A stretch of 64,000 nt of DNA from an uncultured Chloroflexia bacterium (GTDB taxonomy: Bacteria > Chloroflexota > Limnocylindria > QHBO01). Below are positions 18,916 through 28,884 of this stretch, in pieces. Position 1 is the stretch's first letter. Every line of letters starts with the position of its first letter. The stretch spans positions 46,744-110,743 of the forward strand of contig CAVZCE010000015.1 of NCBI GenBank assembly GCA_963773695.1. The letters run 5' to 3'. A program made the position numbers and the translations under genes. The notes below the pieces were generated by a model. The model was given only the letters and a program-made list of their open reading frames with translations. It did no database searches and was not told the DNA's origin.

Positions 18916-20580
18916 ATGCCGGACCAGGCCGCCCCCGAGCAGCCCCGCGTGCTCTACCTGGAGCCCGACGACGAGATCACCTCCGTCGTCCGTCGCCTGG
19001 GTGAGGTGGGCGACGGCGCCGTCATCCTCGTCGCCCCGGGGCGGAGCAAGGCGACCTCGAGCGCGATCGGCCTGCGCCTGATCGCGCGACGGGCCGCGGA
19101 GGCGGGCCTGGGGCTCTCGCTCGTCGCCGATCCCGCCTCGCGGATGCTCGCCGGCGAGGCGGGCATCCCGGCCTTCGCCGCCGTCCCGGAGGCGCTCTCG
19201 GGCCGGCCCCCCGCGGAGCTGGAACCACCGCCGCGCCCGCGGGCGGCCATCCACGTCGTGCGCGGTGAGCGCTCCGCCCCGCTTGCCGCCCTCGCCGCCC
19301 CATCGGCTCCCTCGCAGGCGGCCGCACCGCCCGCCACACCGCGCCCCGCCGTCACCCGTGCGGAGGACACCCAGGCCGTTCCGGTCGTCGCGCCTCCACC
19401 GCGCCCCGGCCGAGCGTGGCACATCCGGGGGCCGCGCGATGCGCGGGGGTGGGCCTGGATGGCGGCCGCGCTCGTGGTGCTGGCCGCGATCGTCGCCGCA
19501 ATCCTGCCCGGGGCCACGATCCGCATCGTTCCGCAGACACGGACCGTGGGTCCCTTCGCCTACACGATCGCGCTCGACTCATCGCTCGACAGCGGTACCG
19601 TGACCTCCACGAAGCAGGCGGACGCCACCGGCACCTACGACGCGTCGACGCCGGCGAAGGGGACGGTCACCTTCGCGAACTACAGCGCCAACAGGGTGAC
19701 GGTGCCAAAGGGAACGTCGGTCTCCGCGGGGAAGCTCGTCTTCACCACGGATGCCGCCGTGGCGGTGCCCGGAGCGCCCGGGCTCGGAAGTGCGTCGACC
19801 GCTCACGTGGCCGTCACCGCCCGGGAGACGGGTCCCGACGGGAACGTCGCCATCGACGCCATCGACACGATCGACGACGCGCAGCTGCGCTCCGATCTGT
19901 GCGCCCAGTTCTTCTTCTGCACGCGGCCCCTCGTCGCGAACCGCCAGCCGCTCTCCGGCGGCGAGAGCAAGACCGGAACGGAGATCAGCCAGGCGGACGT
20001 GGACGGGCTCGTTGCCGCGATCAAGGACGACCTCCAGCGGCAGCTCGCCCAGCGCCTGGCGGGCCACCCCGAGCGCATCTACGCCAGCGCGGCGGGGGAG
20101 GACCCGGCCATCACCGTGCCCCAGGGGCTCGTCGGGACGCGCGACCAGGGAACCTTCGAGCTGACCGGGAGCCTGCGGTACGCGCGGCGCTACGTGGCCC
20201 GCGACGCCCTGTCGGAGGCCGTCACGGCCCGGCTCCAGGCGGACGAACGCGCGCGGCCGGCGGGGACGACGCTCGTCGACGGCAGCATCGGGATGTCGCA
20301 GCCGAAGCTGACGGCGACGGGCAGCCAGCTCAGCGCCGACGTGACCGTCACGGCCAGCGTGGCGCCGGTCCTCGACGAGAGCGAGCTGAAGGCGCGGATC
20401 GCCGGCCGCTCGCGCGACGACGCGATCCGCGCACTCGCCGACATCGGTCCGGCCACGGTGGAGCTGTGGCCCGGCTGGGTGGACGCCGTGCCACGGCTCC
20501 CGTTCCGCATCCAGGTGAACGTCGAGACCCCGTCGCCGCAGCCGTCGGCCTCGCCCGCCAGCGCCGTGTCGCCGTCGTGA
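18916..20580 (+). CDS. Hypothetical bitopic membrane protein (cytoplasmic N-domain, Pro/Ala linker, one transmembrane helix, roughly 340 aa extracytoplasmic domain)
   Basis: Starts 4 nt after the FtsA-like gene; transmembrane helix WAWMAAALVVLAAIVAAIL; no recognisable family. Confidence 0.4.
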   Translation: MPDQAAPEQPRVLYLEPDDEITSVVRRLGEVGDGAVILVAPGRSKATSSAIGLRLIARRAAEAGLGLSLVADPASRMLAGEAGIPAFAAVPEALSGRPPAELEPPPRPRAAIHVVRGERSAPLAALAAPSAPSQAAAPPATPRPAVTRAEDTQAVPVVAPPPRPGRAWHIRGPRDARGWAWMAAALVVLAAIVAAILPGATIRIVPQTRTVGPFAYTIALDSSLDSGTVTSTKQADATGTYDASTPAKGTVTFANYSANRVTVPKGTSVSAGKLVFTTDAAVAVPGAPGLGSASTAHVAVTARETGPDGNVAIDAIDTIDDAQLRSDLCAQFFFCTRPLVANRQPLSGGESKTGTEISQADVDGLVAAIKDDLQRQLAQRLAGHPERIYASAAGEDPAITVPQGLVGTRDQGTFELTGSLRYARRYVARDALSEAVTARLQADERARPAGTTLVDGSIGMSQPKLTATGSQLSADVTVTASVAPVLDESELKARIAGRSRDDAIRALADIGPATVELWPGWVDAVPRLPFRIQVNVETPSPQPSASPASAVSPS

Positions 20581-21047
20581 CCCGCATCCTGGGGATCGAC
20601 CACGGCCGCCGGCGCATCGGGGTCGCCGTCGCCGACGAGGAGACCGCCATGGCCTTCGCCCGGCCGGCGCTGATGGTGGACGGACGCCCGGCCGCGGCCG
20701 TCGCGGCAGTCGCGCGGATTGCGCGCGACGAGGCGGCGGGCCTCATCGTGCTGGGCCTGCCGCGCAACATGGACGGCAGCGAGGGTCCGCAGGCGGCCCG
20801 GGCACGGACCTTCGGCGAACAGCTGGTCGCCGCGGGCCTGCGGGTCGAGTACGTCGACGAGCGGCTCACGAGCTGGGACGCCGGGCAACGCCTGGCGGAT
20901 GCCAACCGGCGTCCGGCGCGGACGAGCGGCGAGCTAGACTCGGCGGCGGCACGGCTGATCCTGCAAGATTACCTGGACGCTCGCACCCCTCCCCGCAGCC
21001 GGCCGGCCGTGGATGCCGGCGACGATGACGACCAGGAGAGCGGATGA
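20577..21047 (+). CDS. ruvX: Putative pre-16S rRNA nuclease / Holliday-junction resolvase-like YqgF
   Basis: ILGIDHGRRRIGVAVAD… RNase H-like N-terminus; GTG start overlaps the upstream stop. Confidence 0.8.
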   Translation: MTRILGIDHGRRRIGVAVADEETAMAFARPALMVDGRPAAAVAAVARIARDEAAGLIVLGLPRNMDGSEGPQAARARTFGEQLVAAGLRVEYVDERLTSWDAGQRLADANRRPARTSGELDSAAARLILQDYLDARTPPRSRPAVDAGDDDDQESG

Positions 21048-22387
21048 ACGAAGATCCTCGCGCGCGCTGGGAGAACGATGACCGCCGCAACGAGCGGATC
21101 CGCGAGCTGCGCGCGCAGCGCGGAACGGGGGAGCACCGCCCCTCGCGACCCTTCCAGCCCCTGATCCTGCTCGCATGGTTCGCCGGGGTCGCCGCGCTCG
21201 CCGCCGTCCTCATCTTCGTCGGCTTCCTGGCGTTCGCGCCGAGGCTGATGGACTGGGTCGAAGCCAACCCGGGAATGGTCAACCAGGGCGTCGTGCTCGA
21301 CTTCGTGAAGTGGTACCAGCCACAGGTGCTCGAGGACACGCCGGTCGGGTCCGATGGCGGCCGCATCACGGTGGAGGTGCCGAACGGCGCCACGGACACG
21401 CAGATCGGTCATCTCCTGTACCAGAAGGGGCTGGTCCGCAGCGAGCTTGCCTTCCAGTACTGGGTGCACCAGGCGGGGCGCCAGGGGACCCTGGCGGCCG
21501 GCACCTACGACCTGTCGCCGTCGCTCACGCCATCGGAGATCGTCGCGGCGCTCCGGCAGGAGGCCGGACCGGAGATCACCATCCGCATCCAGGAGGGCTG
21601 GCGCCTCGAGCAGATCGTGGGCTACCTGGGAACGACGAAGCTGACGATGAACCTCGACGAGTTCGCCCGGCTCGTGAAGCAGCCGCCCGCCGATCTCCTC
21701 AACAAGTACGACTTCTTCAAGGACCTGCCGACCGGGCGGAGCCTGGAGGGCTACCTCTACCCCGATACCTACCGGGTCGACGCCAACTCCACCGCTCGCC
21801 AGCTCGTCGAGAAGCTGCTCAACACCTTCGACGAGCGGCTCACGCCGGAGATCCGTGACGCGATCGCCAAGCAGACCGTCGGCGGCAAGCCGATGACGAT
21901 CGACCAGGCCGTGATCCTGGCCAGCATCGTCGAGCGCGAAGCGGTGCTGGACAAGGAGCGTCCCATCATCGCCGGCGTCTACCTGAACCGGCTGAACACC
22001 AAGGGCCAGACCGCCTACCTGCTCCAGGCGGATCCGACCCTGCAGTACGGCCTGGCCACCGAGAAGCACGCGGACGCGCCCATCAGCCAGTGGCACTCGA
22101 TCACCTGGTGGCCGCCGCTGGAGACCGGTGGTGCCGACGTGAAGCTGCCCAAGGAGCTTGCCGGCTACCAGACCTACACGAACACCGGGCTGCCGCCATC
22201 GCCGATCTCGGCGCCGCGGATCGCTTCTCTCGAGGGCGTGGCGAAGGCCGCCACCAAGGACGGCTACTTCTTCTTCGTGGCCGCCTGTCCGGGTGGCAAT
22301 CGCGACGGCTCCCACTACTTCGCCAAGACGTACGCGCAGCACCAGGCCAACATCGCCAAGGCGAACGCCGAGTGCCCCGCGTCCTGA
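21044..22387 (+). CDS. mltG: Endolytic murein transglycosylase MltG (YceG family)
   Basis: N-terminal transmembrane helix; YceG core (…LEGYLYPDTY…, …QTAYLLQADPTLQYGL…). Confidence 0.8.
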   Translation: MNEDPRARWENDDRRNERIRELRAQRGTGEHRPSRPFQPLILLAWFAGVAALAAVLIFVGFLAFAPRLMDWVEANPGMVNQGVVLDFVKWYQPQVLEDTPVGSDGGRITVEVPNGATDTQIGHLLYQKGLVRSELAFQYWVHQAGRQGTLAAGTYDLSPSLTPSEIVAALRQEAGPEITIRIQEGWRLEQIVGYLGTTKLTMNLDEFARLVKQPPADLLNKYDFFKDLPTGRSLEGYLYPDTYRVDANSTARQLVEKLLNTFDERLTPEIRDAIAKQTVGGKPMTIDQAVILASIVEREAVLDKERPIIAGVYLNRLNTKGQTAYLLQADPTLQYGLATEKHADAPISQWHSITWWPPLETGGADVKLPKELAGYQTYTNTGLPPSPISAPRIASLEGVAKAATKDGYFFFVAACPGGNRDGSHYFAKTYAQHQANIAKANAECPAS

Positions 22388-22418
22388 CGCTCACAGCACG
22401 GAGGTTCACACCGCCCGC

Positions 22419-22976
22419 ATGATCAGCACCGGAGACATCAAGAAGGGCGTCATCATCGAGCTCGACGGCCAGCTCATGAAGGTCCTGGACTGGACGCACA
22501 TCAAGATGGCGCGCGGATCCGCGCAGGTCCGCATGAAGCTGCAGAACGTGCGCAAGGGCGACATCGTGGAGCGCACCTTCCAGGCCGGGACGCGCTGGCC
22601 GCGGGCGCGGGTCGAGCAGCGCAAGGTCCAGTACCTCTACAACGACGCGGGGATCTACTACTTCATGGACAACGAGACGTACGAGCAGATCGCCGTCAGT
22701 GGGGCGATGATCGGCGAGGACCGGCTCTACCTCAAGGAGAACACCGACGTCTTCGTCTCCTCGTACGAGGGCGAGGTGCTGGGCGTCGACCTGCCGGTGA
22801 GCGTCGACCTGCTCGTGGCCCAGACGGATCCGGGCTTCGCCGGCGACACCGCCACGGGCGCCAAGAAGGCGGCGACCATGGAGACCGGCGTCGTCGTCCA
22901 GGTCCCGCTCTTCATCAACGAGGGCGACACCGTCCGCGTCGACACCCGCAACGGCGAGTACGTGACCAGGGTCTGA
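22419..22976 (+). CDS. efp: Elongation factor P
   Basis: 185 aa; MISTGDIKKG…; KPG-loop region; GGAGG Shine-Dalgarno. Confidence 0.9.
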   Translation: MISTGDIKKGVIIELDGQLMKVLDWTHIKMARGSAQVRMKLQNVRKGDIVERTFQAGTRWPRARVEQRKVQYLYNDAGIYYFMDNETYEQIAVSGAMIGEDRLYLKENTDVFVSSYEGEVLGVDLPVSVDLLVAQTDPGFAGDTATGAKKAATMETGVVVQVPLFINEGDTVRVDTRNGEYVTRV

Positions 22977-23022
22977 GCGCGAGGGACCGATGCGGACCGA
23001 GCCGACGACGATGGGCGCCTGA

Positions 23023-24279
23023 GTGAGCCCCGAGCAGCCGAGCCTGTGGGGTGCGTCCACCCTGCCGCCGCGGATCCTGCGCGTGAGCGAGCTGAACCGC
23101 CGCGTGCGCACGCTGCTCGATGCCGATCCGGCCCTCGCCGACGTGTGGGTCGAGGGTGAGATCAGCAGCCCGTCGTTCCCTGCCTCGGGGCACTGCTTCT
23201 TCACCCTGAAGGACGCCGGGTCCCAGCTGCGCTGCGTGCTGTTCCGGGAGGAGCTGGCCCGCGCGCTCGTGCGGCCGCAGCACGGGATGGCGGTCGTCTG
23301 CCACGGCCGCGTGCGCGCCTACGAGACCCAGGGTGTCTACCAGCTGTACGTGGAGTCGCTCACCCCTGCCGGCGCCGGCGACCTGCACGCGCGCTACGAG
23401 CAGCTGCGCGCCCGCCTGGCCGCGGAGGGGCTCTTCGACGAGGCGCGCCGACGCCCGCTGCCCCGCTGGCCGCGCCGCATCGGGGTGGTGACATCGCCGA
23501 TCGGCGCCGTCTGGCAGGACATCCGCAACGTGATCCGGCGCCGGTACCCGCTGGTGGAGCTCGTCCTGTCGCCGACCGGCGTCCAGGGCGAGGCCGCCGC
23601 GCCGGCGATCGTCCGGGCCCTGCAGCGCCTCTACGCGCGGCCGGCGATCGATGTCGTCATCCTCGCTCGCGGTGGCGGCTCGCTCGAGGACCTGTGGGCC
23701 TTCAATGACGAACGCGTGGTGCGGGCCATCGCGGCCGCGCCGGTCCCCCTGGTCGTGGGCGTCGGCCACGAGAGCGACGTGACGCTCGCCGACTTCGCGG
23801 CGGACGTGCGGGCGCCGACGCCCAGCGCCGCGGCCGAGCTCGTGGTGCCCGACGGAACGCAGCTGCCGTCGATCCTCGGCCGTCTGCGCGATCGCGCTTC
23901 CGCGGCCCTCCTCGCGCGTGTCGCGGACCGGCGCCGCGGCCTCGACGCGGAGGGCCGTGCGCTGTCGGCCGCCGCGCCCGATCTCGGCGCCGCCCGCCAG
24001 CGGGCCGGGGAGCTGCTCGACCGCGGACATCGCGCGCTCGAGGGGCGGGTGAGCCGGCAGCGGGCCGTGGTCGATGGGCTGCGCGACGGGCTGCGGGCCC
24101 TTGGCCCCGCGGCGACGCTGGCGCGCGGCTACGCGGTGGCCCGCCTCCCGGACGGGGCGATCGTGCGAGATCCCGGACAGGTGAAGGTGGGGGAGGCGCT
24201 CGAGGTCGTGGTCCTGGCCGGGCGGCTCGTGACGCGCGTCGAATCGAGATCGGACCAGGCCGCAGAGGAGCTGCTCTGA
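23023..24279 (+). CDS. xseA: Exodeoxyribonuclease VII large subunit
   Basis: OB-fold N-terminus, catalytic core and a C-terminal coiled region; adjacent to xseB. Confidence 0.85.
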   Translation: MSPEQPSLWGASTLPPRILRVSELNRRVRTLLDADPALADVWVEGEISSPSFPASGHCFFTLKDAGSQLRCVLFREELARALVRPQHGMAVVCHGRVRAYETQGVYQLYVESLTPAGAGDLHARYEQLRARLAAEGLFDEARRRPLPRWPRRIGVVTSPIGAVWQDIRNVIRRRYPLVELVLSPTGVQGEAAAPAIVRALQRLYARPAIDVVILARGGGSLEDLWAFNDERVVRAIAAAPVPLVVGVGHESDVTLADFAADVRAPTPSAAAELVVPDGTQLPSILGRLRDRASAALLARVADRRRGLDAEGRALSAAAPDLGAARQRAGELLDRGHRALEGRVSRQRAVVDGLRDGLRALGPAATLARGYAVARLPDGAIVRDPGQVKVGEALEVVVLAGRLVTRVESRSDQAAEELL

Positions 24280-24542
24280 TGACAATGCCGGCACCCATGA
24301 GCGACGAGGAGATCGCCGCGCGGCCCTTCGACGAGCTCGTCGCCGAGCTGCAGCGGATCGTCGCGGCCCTGGAGGGAGGCGGCGTGGGGCTGGAGGAGTC
24401 GATCGCGCTCTATCGGGAAGGGCTGCGCCTGCATGCCGCCTGCGAGGATCGCCTGCGCCGTGCGGAGCTGGCCATTGCCGAGCTGGGGCGACGAGCGGGG
24501 GCGGAGGTCGCACCGGGGGGTGGCGACGAGGAGGGGGCGTGA
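24279..24542 (+). CDS. xseB: Exodeoxyribonuclease VII small subunit
   Basis: 87 aa helical protein starting exactly at the xseA stop; FDELVAELQRIVAALEGGGVGLEESIALYREG. Confidence 0.8.
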   Translation: MTMPAPMSDEEIAARPFDELVAELQRIVAALEGGGVGLEESIALYREGLRLHAACEDRLRRAELAIAELGRRAGAEVAPGGGDEEGA

Positions 24543-24783
24543 GCGGCGAGGCCCGGGTGGCACTGGCACGAGGAGTGCACCCCACGCTCGCTGCGTCCCT
24601 GGTGATCCCGAGAACGGGCGCACCGCTGCCAGGCAGCCTCACGGGTACCGGGTGCTGAACACGACGTACAACTACGAGAAGGTGATCGCGGCGCCGGGGT
24701 GACGTCCGGCCGCCCGACCCCGGAGCGGGGGGCCGCGCCGGTTCGTTCTATACTCGGCGGCGACCCTCCAGGACAGGAGCCCA

Positions 24784-26742
24784 GTGACACTCCTCGAATC
24801 CATCCGCGACCCGGCCCAGCTTCGAGGGCTCGACGACGACCAGCTGGCCTCGCTCGCGGCCGAGCTGCGCGAGAAGATGATCAGGACCGTCCACCACACC
24901 GGCGGTCACCTGGCGAGCTCGCTCGGCGCAGTGGAGATCGCCATCGCGCTCCACCGCGTGATGGACTCCCCGCGCGACCGGATCGTGTGGGACACGGGAC
25001 ACCAGGCCTACGCCCACAAGCTCCTCACCGGGCGCGCAGACCGCTTCGCGACCCTGCGCCAGGTCGACGGCATCGGCGGCTTCCCGCGACGCAGCGAATC
25101 AGCGCACGACGTCTTCGACGGCGGGCACGCGGGAACCGGGGTGTCCATCGGCCTCGGCCTCGCGGCCGCCCGCGACCTGCTGCCGCAGGGCGACTCCGGG
25201 CGCAGCCAGCGGATCGCGGTGTGCGTGGGTGACGCGGCCATGCAGAGCGGGCTGACGTTCGAGGCGCTCAACCATCTCGGGCAGACCCGCCATCGGCTCC
25301 TCATCGTCCTCAACGACAACGAGATGAGCATCAGCCGCTCGGTCGGCGGGATCTCGACGCGTCTCAACAAGCTGCGCCTCACGCGGGCCTACCAGGAGAC
25401 GAAGACCGCCACCCAGCGCACGCTGCCGCGCGTCCCGATCATCGGGCGGCCCGCCTTCGAGCTTCTCGACTGGGCCAAGGAGGGGTTCAAGCGGACGTGG
25501 GCCAACGTCGGGTTCTTCGAGGACATGGGGCTCACCTACATCGGGGTCCTCGACGGCCATGACCTGGGCGAGCTGGAGCTCGCCTTCGAGCAGGCGTTCC
25601 ACCTCCGCGGCCCCGTGCTCGTCCACGTGAAGACCGTGAAGGGCAAGGGCTACGCGCCCGCAGAGCAGGAGCCGGTGAGCTTCCACGGCGCCAGCCTTCC
25701 GCCCATCGACCTGTGCCTCATCGACCCCACGGAGGAGCCGCTCCGCGACGGCATCGAGGTTCCACGCCGTCCCAAGAGCTACACCCAGACCTTCGTGGAG
25801 GAGCTCCTGCGACTCGCGGAGTCGGACGAGCGCGTCTGTGCGGTGACGGCCGGGATGCCGACCGGCACCGGTCTCGCACGCTTCGAGGAGCGCTTCCCCC
25901 AGCGGTTCTTCGACGTCGGCATCGCGGAGCAGCACAGCGTGACCCTGGCCGCCGGGCTGGCCCTGGCCGGCATGCGTCCCGTCGTCTCGCTCTACTCCAC
26001 GTTCAGCCAGCGCGCCTACGACCAGCTGGTCCACGACGTCTGCCAGAACGAGCTGCCGGTGCTGCTCGCCATCGATCGAGCCGGCCTGGTCGGCGAGGAC
26101 GGGACGAGCCACCAGGGGATGTTCACCCTCCCCGCCCAGCGCTCGCTGCCGAACCTCGCGATCGGCTCTCCGAAGGATGAGCAGGAGATGCGGGACATGG
26201 TCGTCACCGCGCTCGCGCACGACGGCCCGATCAGCATCCACTTCCCCCGGGACCCGGGCCAGGACCTGCCGGACCGCGAAGGGCAGGCCCTGGAGATCGG
26301 CCGCGGCGAGCTCCTCCGGGAGGGTGACGACCTCCTGCTGATCGGCTTCGGCCCCATCGTCCAGCGCCTCTGCACGGTGGCGGACGCGCTGGCGGAGGAT
26401 GGCCTCTCGGTCGCGATCGTCAACGCGCGCTGGGCCAAGCCGCTCGACGAGCGGCTCATCGGTGAGCAGGCCGCCGGCAAGCGGCTGGTCGTCACCGCGG
26501 AGGAGTCTGCGGCCATGGGCGGGTTCGGGGACGGGGTCCTCGACGCGCTCAACCGCGCCGGCATCCACGTGCCGCTCCTGAAGGTCGCCCTGGCCGAGGG
26601 GTTCGTCCACCACGGCGCGGTCGACGACCTGCGGCGGCAGCAGCGCATCGATGCCCCCGGCATCCTGGAGCAGGTGCGAACGGCTCTCGGCGTCGCGCAC
26701 GCGGCGCGCCCGCGCCGCCGACGCACCACGACCGCGGCCTAG
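24784..26742 (+). CDS. dxs: 1-deoxy-D-xylulose-5-phosphate synthase
   Basis: 652 aa; TPP-binding GDG…N motif (CVGDAAMQSGLTFEALN); transketolase-like domains. Confidence 0.9.
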   Translation: MTLLESIRDPAQLRGLDDDQLASLAAELREKMIRTVHHTGGHLASSLGAVEIAIALHRVMDSPRDRIVWDTGHQAYAHKLLTGRADRFATLRQVDGIGGFPRRSESAHDVFDGGHAGTGVSIGLGLAAARDLLPQGDSGRSQRIAVCVGDAAMQSGLTFEALNHLGQTRHRLLIVLNDNEMSISRSVGGISTRLNKLRLTRAYQETKTATQRTLPRVPIIGRPAFELLDWAKEGFKRTWANVGFFEDMGLTYIGVLDGHDLGELELAFEQAFHLRGPVLVHVKTVKGKGYAPAEQEPVSFHGASLPPIDLCLIDPTEEPLRDGIEVPRRPKSYTQTFVEELLRLAESDERVCAVTAGMPTGTGLARFEERFPQRFFDVGIAEQHSVTLAAGLALAGMRPVVSLYSTFSQRAYDQLVHDVCQNELPVLLAIDRAGLVGEDGTSHQGMFTLPAQRSLPNLAIGSPKDEQEMRDMVVTALAHDGPISIHFPRDPGQDLPDREGQALEIGRGELLREGDDLLLIGFGPIVQRLCTVADALAEDGLSVAIVNARWAKPLDERLIGEQAAGKRLVVTAEESAAMGGFGDGVLDALNRAGIHVPLLKVALAEGFVHHGAVDDLRRQQRIDAPGILEQVRTALGVAHAARPRRRRTTTAA

Positions 26743-26769
26743 GACGCTCGCCGCCCGTATCATCGCCGG

Positions 26770-27573
26770 GTGCCCCGCACCCGGCTCGACCAGCTCCTCG
26801 TGGCGCGCGGCCTGGCACGCTCGCGAGCGGAAGCCCAGGCCCTCGTCCTGGCGGGCGCCGTCCGCCTTGGTGGCGACGAAGGGCGGGTGCTGAAGCCGGG
26901 GCAGCTCGTGGCGCAGGATGCGCCGCTCTCGCTCGCGGAGCGCCCGCGGTGGGCATCGCGCGGCGGGGAGAAGCTGGCCGCGGCCCTGGATGCCTTCGGG
27001 GTCGACCCGGCAGGCCTCGCCTGCCTGGACGCGGGCGCCTCGACCGGCGGATTCACCGACGTCCTGCTGCAGCGCGGCGCCCGCGTGGTGTACGCGGTCG
27101 ACGTGGGGCGCGGACAGCTCGTGGAGCGCCTGCGCCGCGATCTGCGGGTCGTGGTCATGGACCGGACGAACCTGCGCACGCTGGCAAGCCTTCCGGAGCC
27201 GGTGCAGCTGGCCACGCTGGACCTGTCCTTCATCTCCCTGGGCCTCGTCCTGCCGGCGGTCCACAACTTCCTGGCGGACGGCGGCCGGATCGTGGCCCTC
27301 GTCAAGCCCCAGTTCGAGGCCGGCCGCGAGGCCGTCCCGCGTGGTGGGGTGGTGCGGGATCCGAACGTGCACCGCCTCGTCCTGCTCGCGTTTGCGGAGC
27401 AGGCCCGCGCCGCGCGGTGTGCGCCACTGGACCTGATTCGCTCACCGATCGTCGGCGGTGACGGCAACGTGGAGTTCCTGGCGCTCCTGGAGCGGGACGG
27501 CGCGGAGCCGCCCGTCGCATGGAACCGACGGGTCGAGGCGCTCACCGCGGAATCCGGACCGGGCGACGTATGA
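26770..27573 (+). CDS. tlyA: TlyA-family rRNA (cytidine-2'-O)-methyltransferase / hemolysin A
   Basis: N-terminal S4 domain (RLDQLLVARGLARSRAEAQALV) plus an FtsJ-like methyltransferase (LDAGASTGGFTDVLL). Confidence 0.75.
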   Translation: MPRTRLDQLLVARGLARSRAEAQALVLAGAVRLGGDEGRVLKPGQLVAQDAPLSLAERPRWASRGGEKLAAALDAFGVDPAGLACLDAGASTGGFTDVLLQRGARVVYAVDVGRGQLVERLRRDLRVVVMDRTNLRTLASLPEPVQLATLDLSFISLGLVLPAVHNFLADGGRIVALVKPQFEAGREAVPRGGVVRDPNVHRLVLLAFAEQARAARCAPLDLIRSPIVGGDGNVEFLALLERDGAEPPVAWNRRVEALTAESGPGDV

Positions 27574-27631
27574 CAGTCGGCCACCCGGACGCGCCGGATA
27601 ACCCGGTGCGCGTGACACACGACGTACTACG

Positions 27632-28024
27632 ATGCAGCGCGTGAAGAGGAGGGAGCGGCCCCGGGCGGTCGAGCAGCTGAGCGTCTTCGAGGGGCTGGAG
27701 GCGGTGGCGCCCATTGTCCACCACGAGCCGGCGGCCGACACGATGCGCCAGATCGTTTCGCTGCGCATGCCGGACGCTCTCCTCGAACGCGTCGAGGCGG
27801 CGGCCCACTCTCGCGGCGTCTCCCCGTCGAGCCTGATGCGGGCGCTCATCGCCGCGGGCCTCGACCGGTCGTACGCCGCCGTGACGGAGCCGGAGCTGGC
27901 GACCGAGCTCGCCGCGCTGCGACGGCGGGTGGACGAGATCGCCGAGCGGCTGGCCGTGGGCGCCGCGGAGACCGTGGCCGCCACCGTCGCCGCGGCACAA
28001 CCGGCCGGTGATGCGGGGGCCTGA
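27632..28024 (+). CDS. Hypothetical ribbon-helix-helix (CopG-like) DNA-binding protein
   Basis: QIVSLRMPDALLERVEAAAHSRGVSPSSLMRALI resembles an RHH fold; the C-terminal half is Ala-rich. Confidence 0.3.
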   Translation: MQRVKRRERPRAVEQLSVFEGLEAVAPIVHHEPAADTMRQIVSLRMPDALLERVEAAAHSRGVSPSSLMRALIAAGLDRSYAAVTEPELATELAALRRRVDEIAERLAVGAAETVAATVAAAQPAGDAGA

Positions 28025-28869
28025 TGGCCGGCATCGGGCGAATCGGCTTCGTCCTGAACCCCCACAACGACGCCGCGCGGGACGTCCTGCAGCGGGCCCG
28101 GACATGGTGCGAGGCCCGCGGCGTCGCCGCGTGGGATGAACCCTCGGATGCCGCGGAGGCCATCGGCGCGGCCTGCGCCGGGACCGACCTGATCTGCGTG
28201 CTCGGTGGCGACGGGACGTTCCTGCGCACCGCGCACGCCATCGGTGACCGCGGGGTCCCGGCCCTGGGGGTGAACCTGGGCCGCATCGGCTTCCTCGCCA
28301 AGGTCGAGACCGACGACCTGGAGCACGCGCTCGACCAGATCGCGGCCGGGCAGTATGGCGTCGAGGAGCGGTTCCGCATCTCCGCGGCGCTCCAGCGCCG
28401 GGACGGCAGCAGCGAGACGCACGCCTGCCTCAACGAGGTCGTCGTCGCCCGCGGCACCCGGGTCAGGATGATCCAGGTGGCCGTGGACGTCTCGGGCAGC
28501 CACCTGGCCACCTACCTGGCCGATGGCGTCGTCGTGGCCACGCCCACCGGCTCCACCGCCTACTCGTTCAGCGCCGGAGGCTCGATCCTCGATCCGCGCC
28601 TGCGGAACATGATCATCACCCCGGTCGCGTCGTACCTCTCGCCGCTGCACAGCGTCGTCGCCGGCGAGGAGCAGGTCGTGACGCTCACCCTGCAGGGCAC
28701 CCACGACGGCGCCGTCGTGTCGGTCGACGGTCAGGCCGACCTCGCCATGGCGCCGGGAGACCGCGTCGAGGTGCGGGCGCTCCCGCAACCGCTTCGCCTC
28801 ATCGAGCCGGCGGGCAGCACGTCGTTCTACGACCTGCTGCGCACGAAGGCCGCGCTCCTCCTCTCGTAG
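28024..28869 (+). CDS. nadK: NAD kinase
   Basis: GGDGT motif; NE/D short motif; conserved position after tlyA as in mycobacteria. Confidence 0.85.
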   Translation: MAGIGRIGFVLNPHNDAARDVLQRARTWCEARGVAAWDEPSDAAEAIGAACAGTDLICVLGGDGTFLRTAHAIGDRGVPALGVNLGRIGFLAKVETDDLEHALDQIAAGQYGVEERFRISAALQRRDGSSETHACLNEVVVARGTRVRMIQVAVDVSGSHLATYLADGVVVATPTGSTAYSFSAGGSILDPRLRNMIITPVASYLSPLHSVVAGEEQVVTLTLQGTHDGAVVSVDGQADLAMAPGDRVEVRALPQPLRLIEPAGSTSFYDLLRTKAALLLS

Positions 28870-28884
28870 GGCCTGGAGCGGCCG

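Noticed and set aside
24543-24783. Riboswitch (TPP-like) in the 240 bp leader upstream of dxs
   Set aside because: Looked for THI-box-like CUGAGA/ACCUGAUCUGGAUAAUGCCAGCG elements and found none convincing; dxs is not typically riboswitch-controlled.
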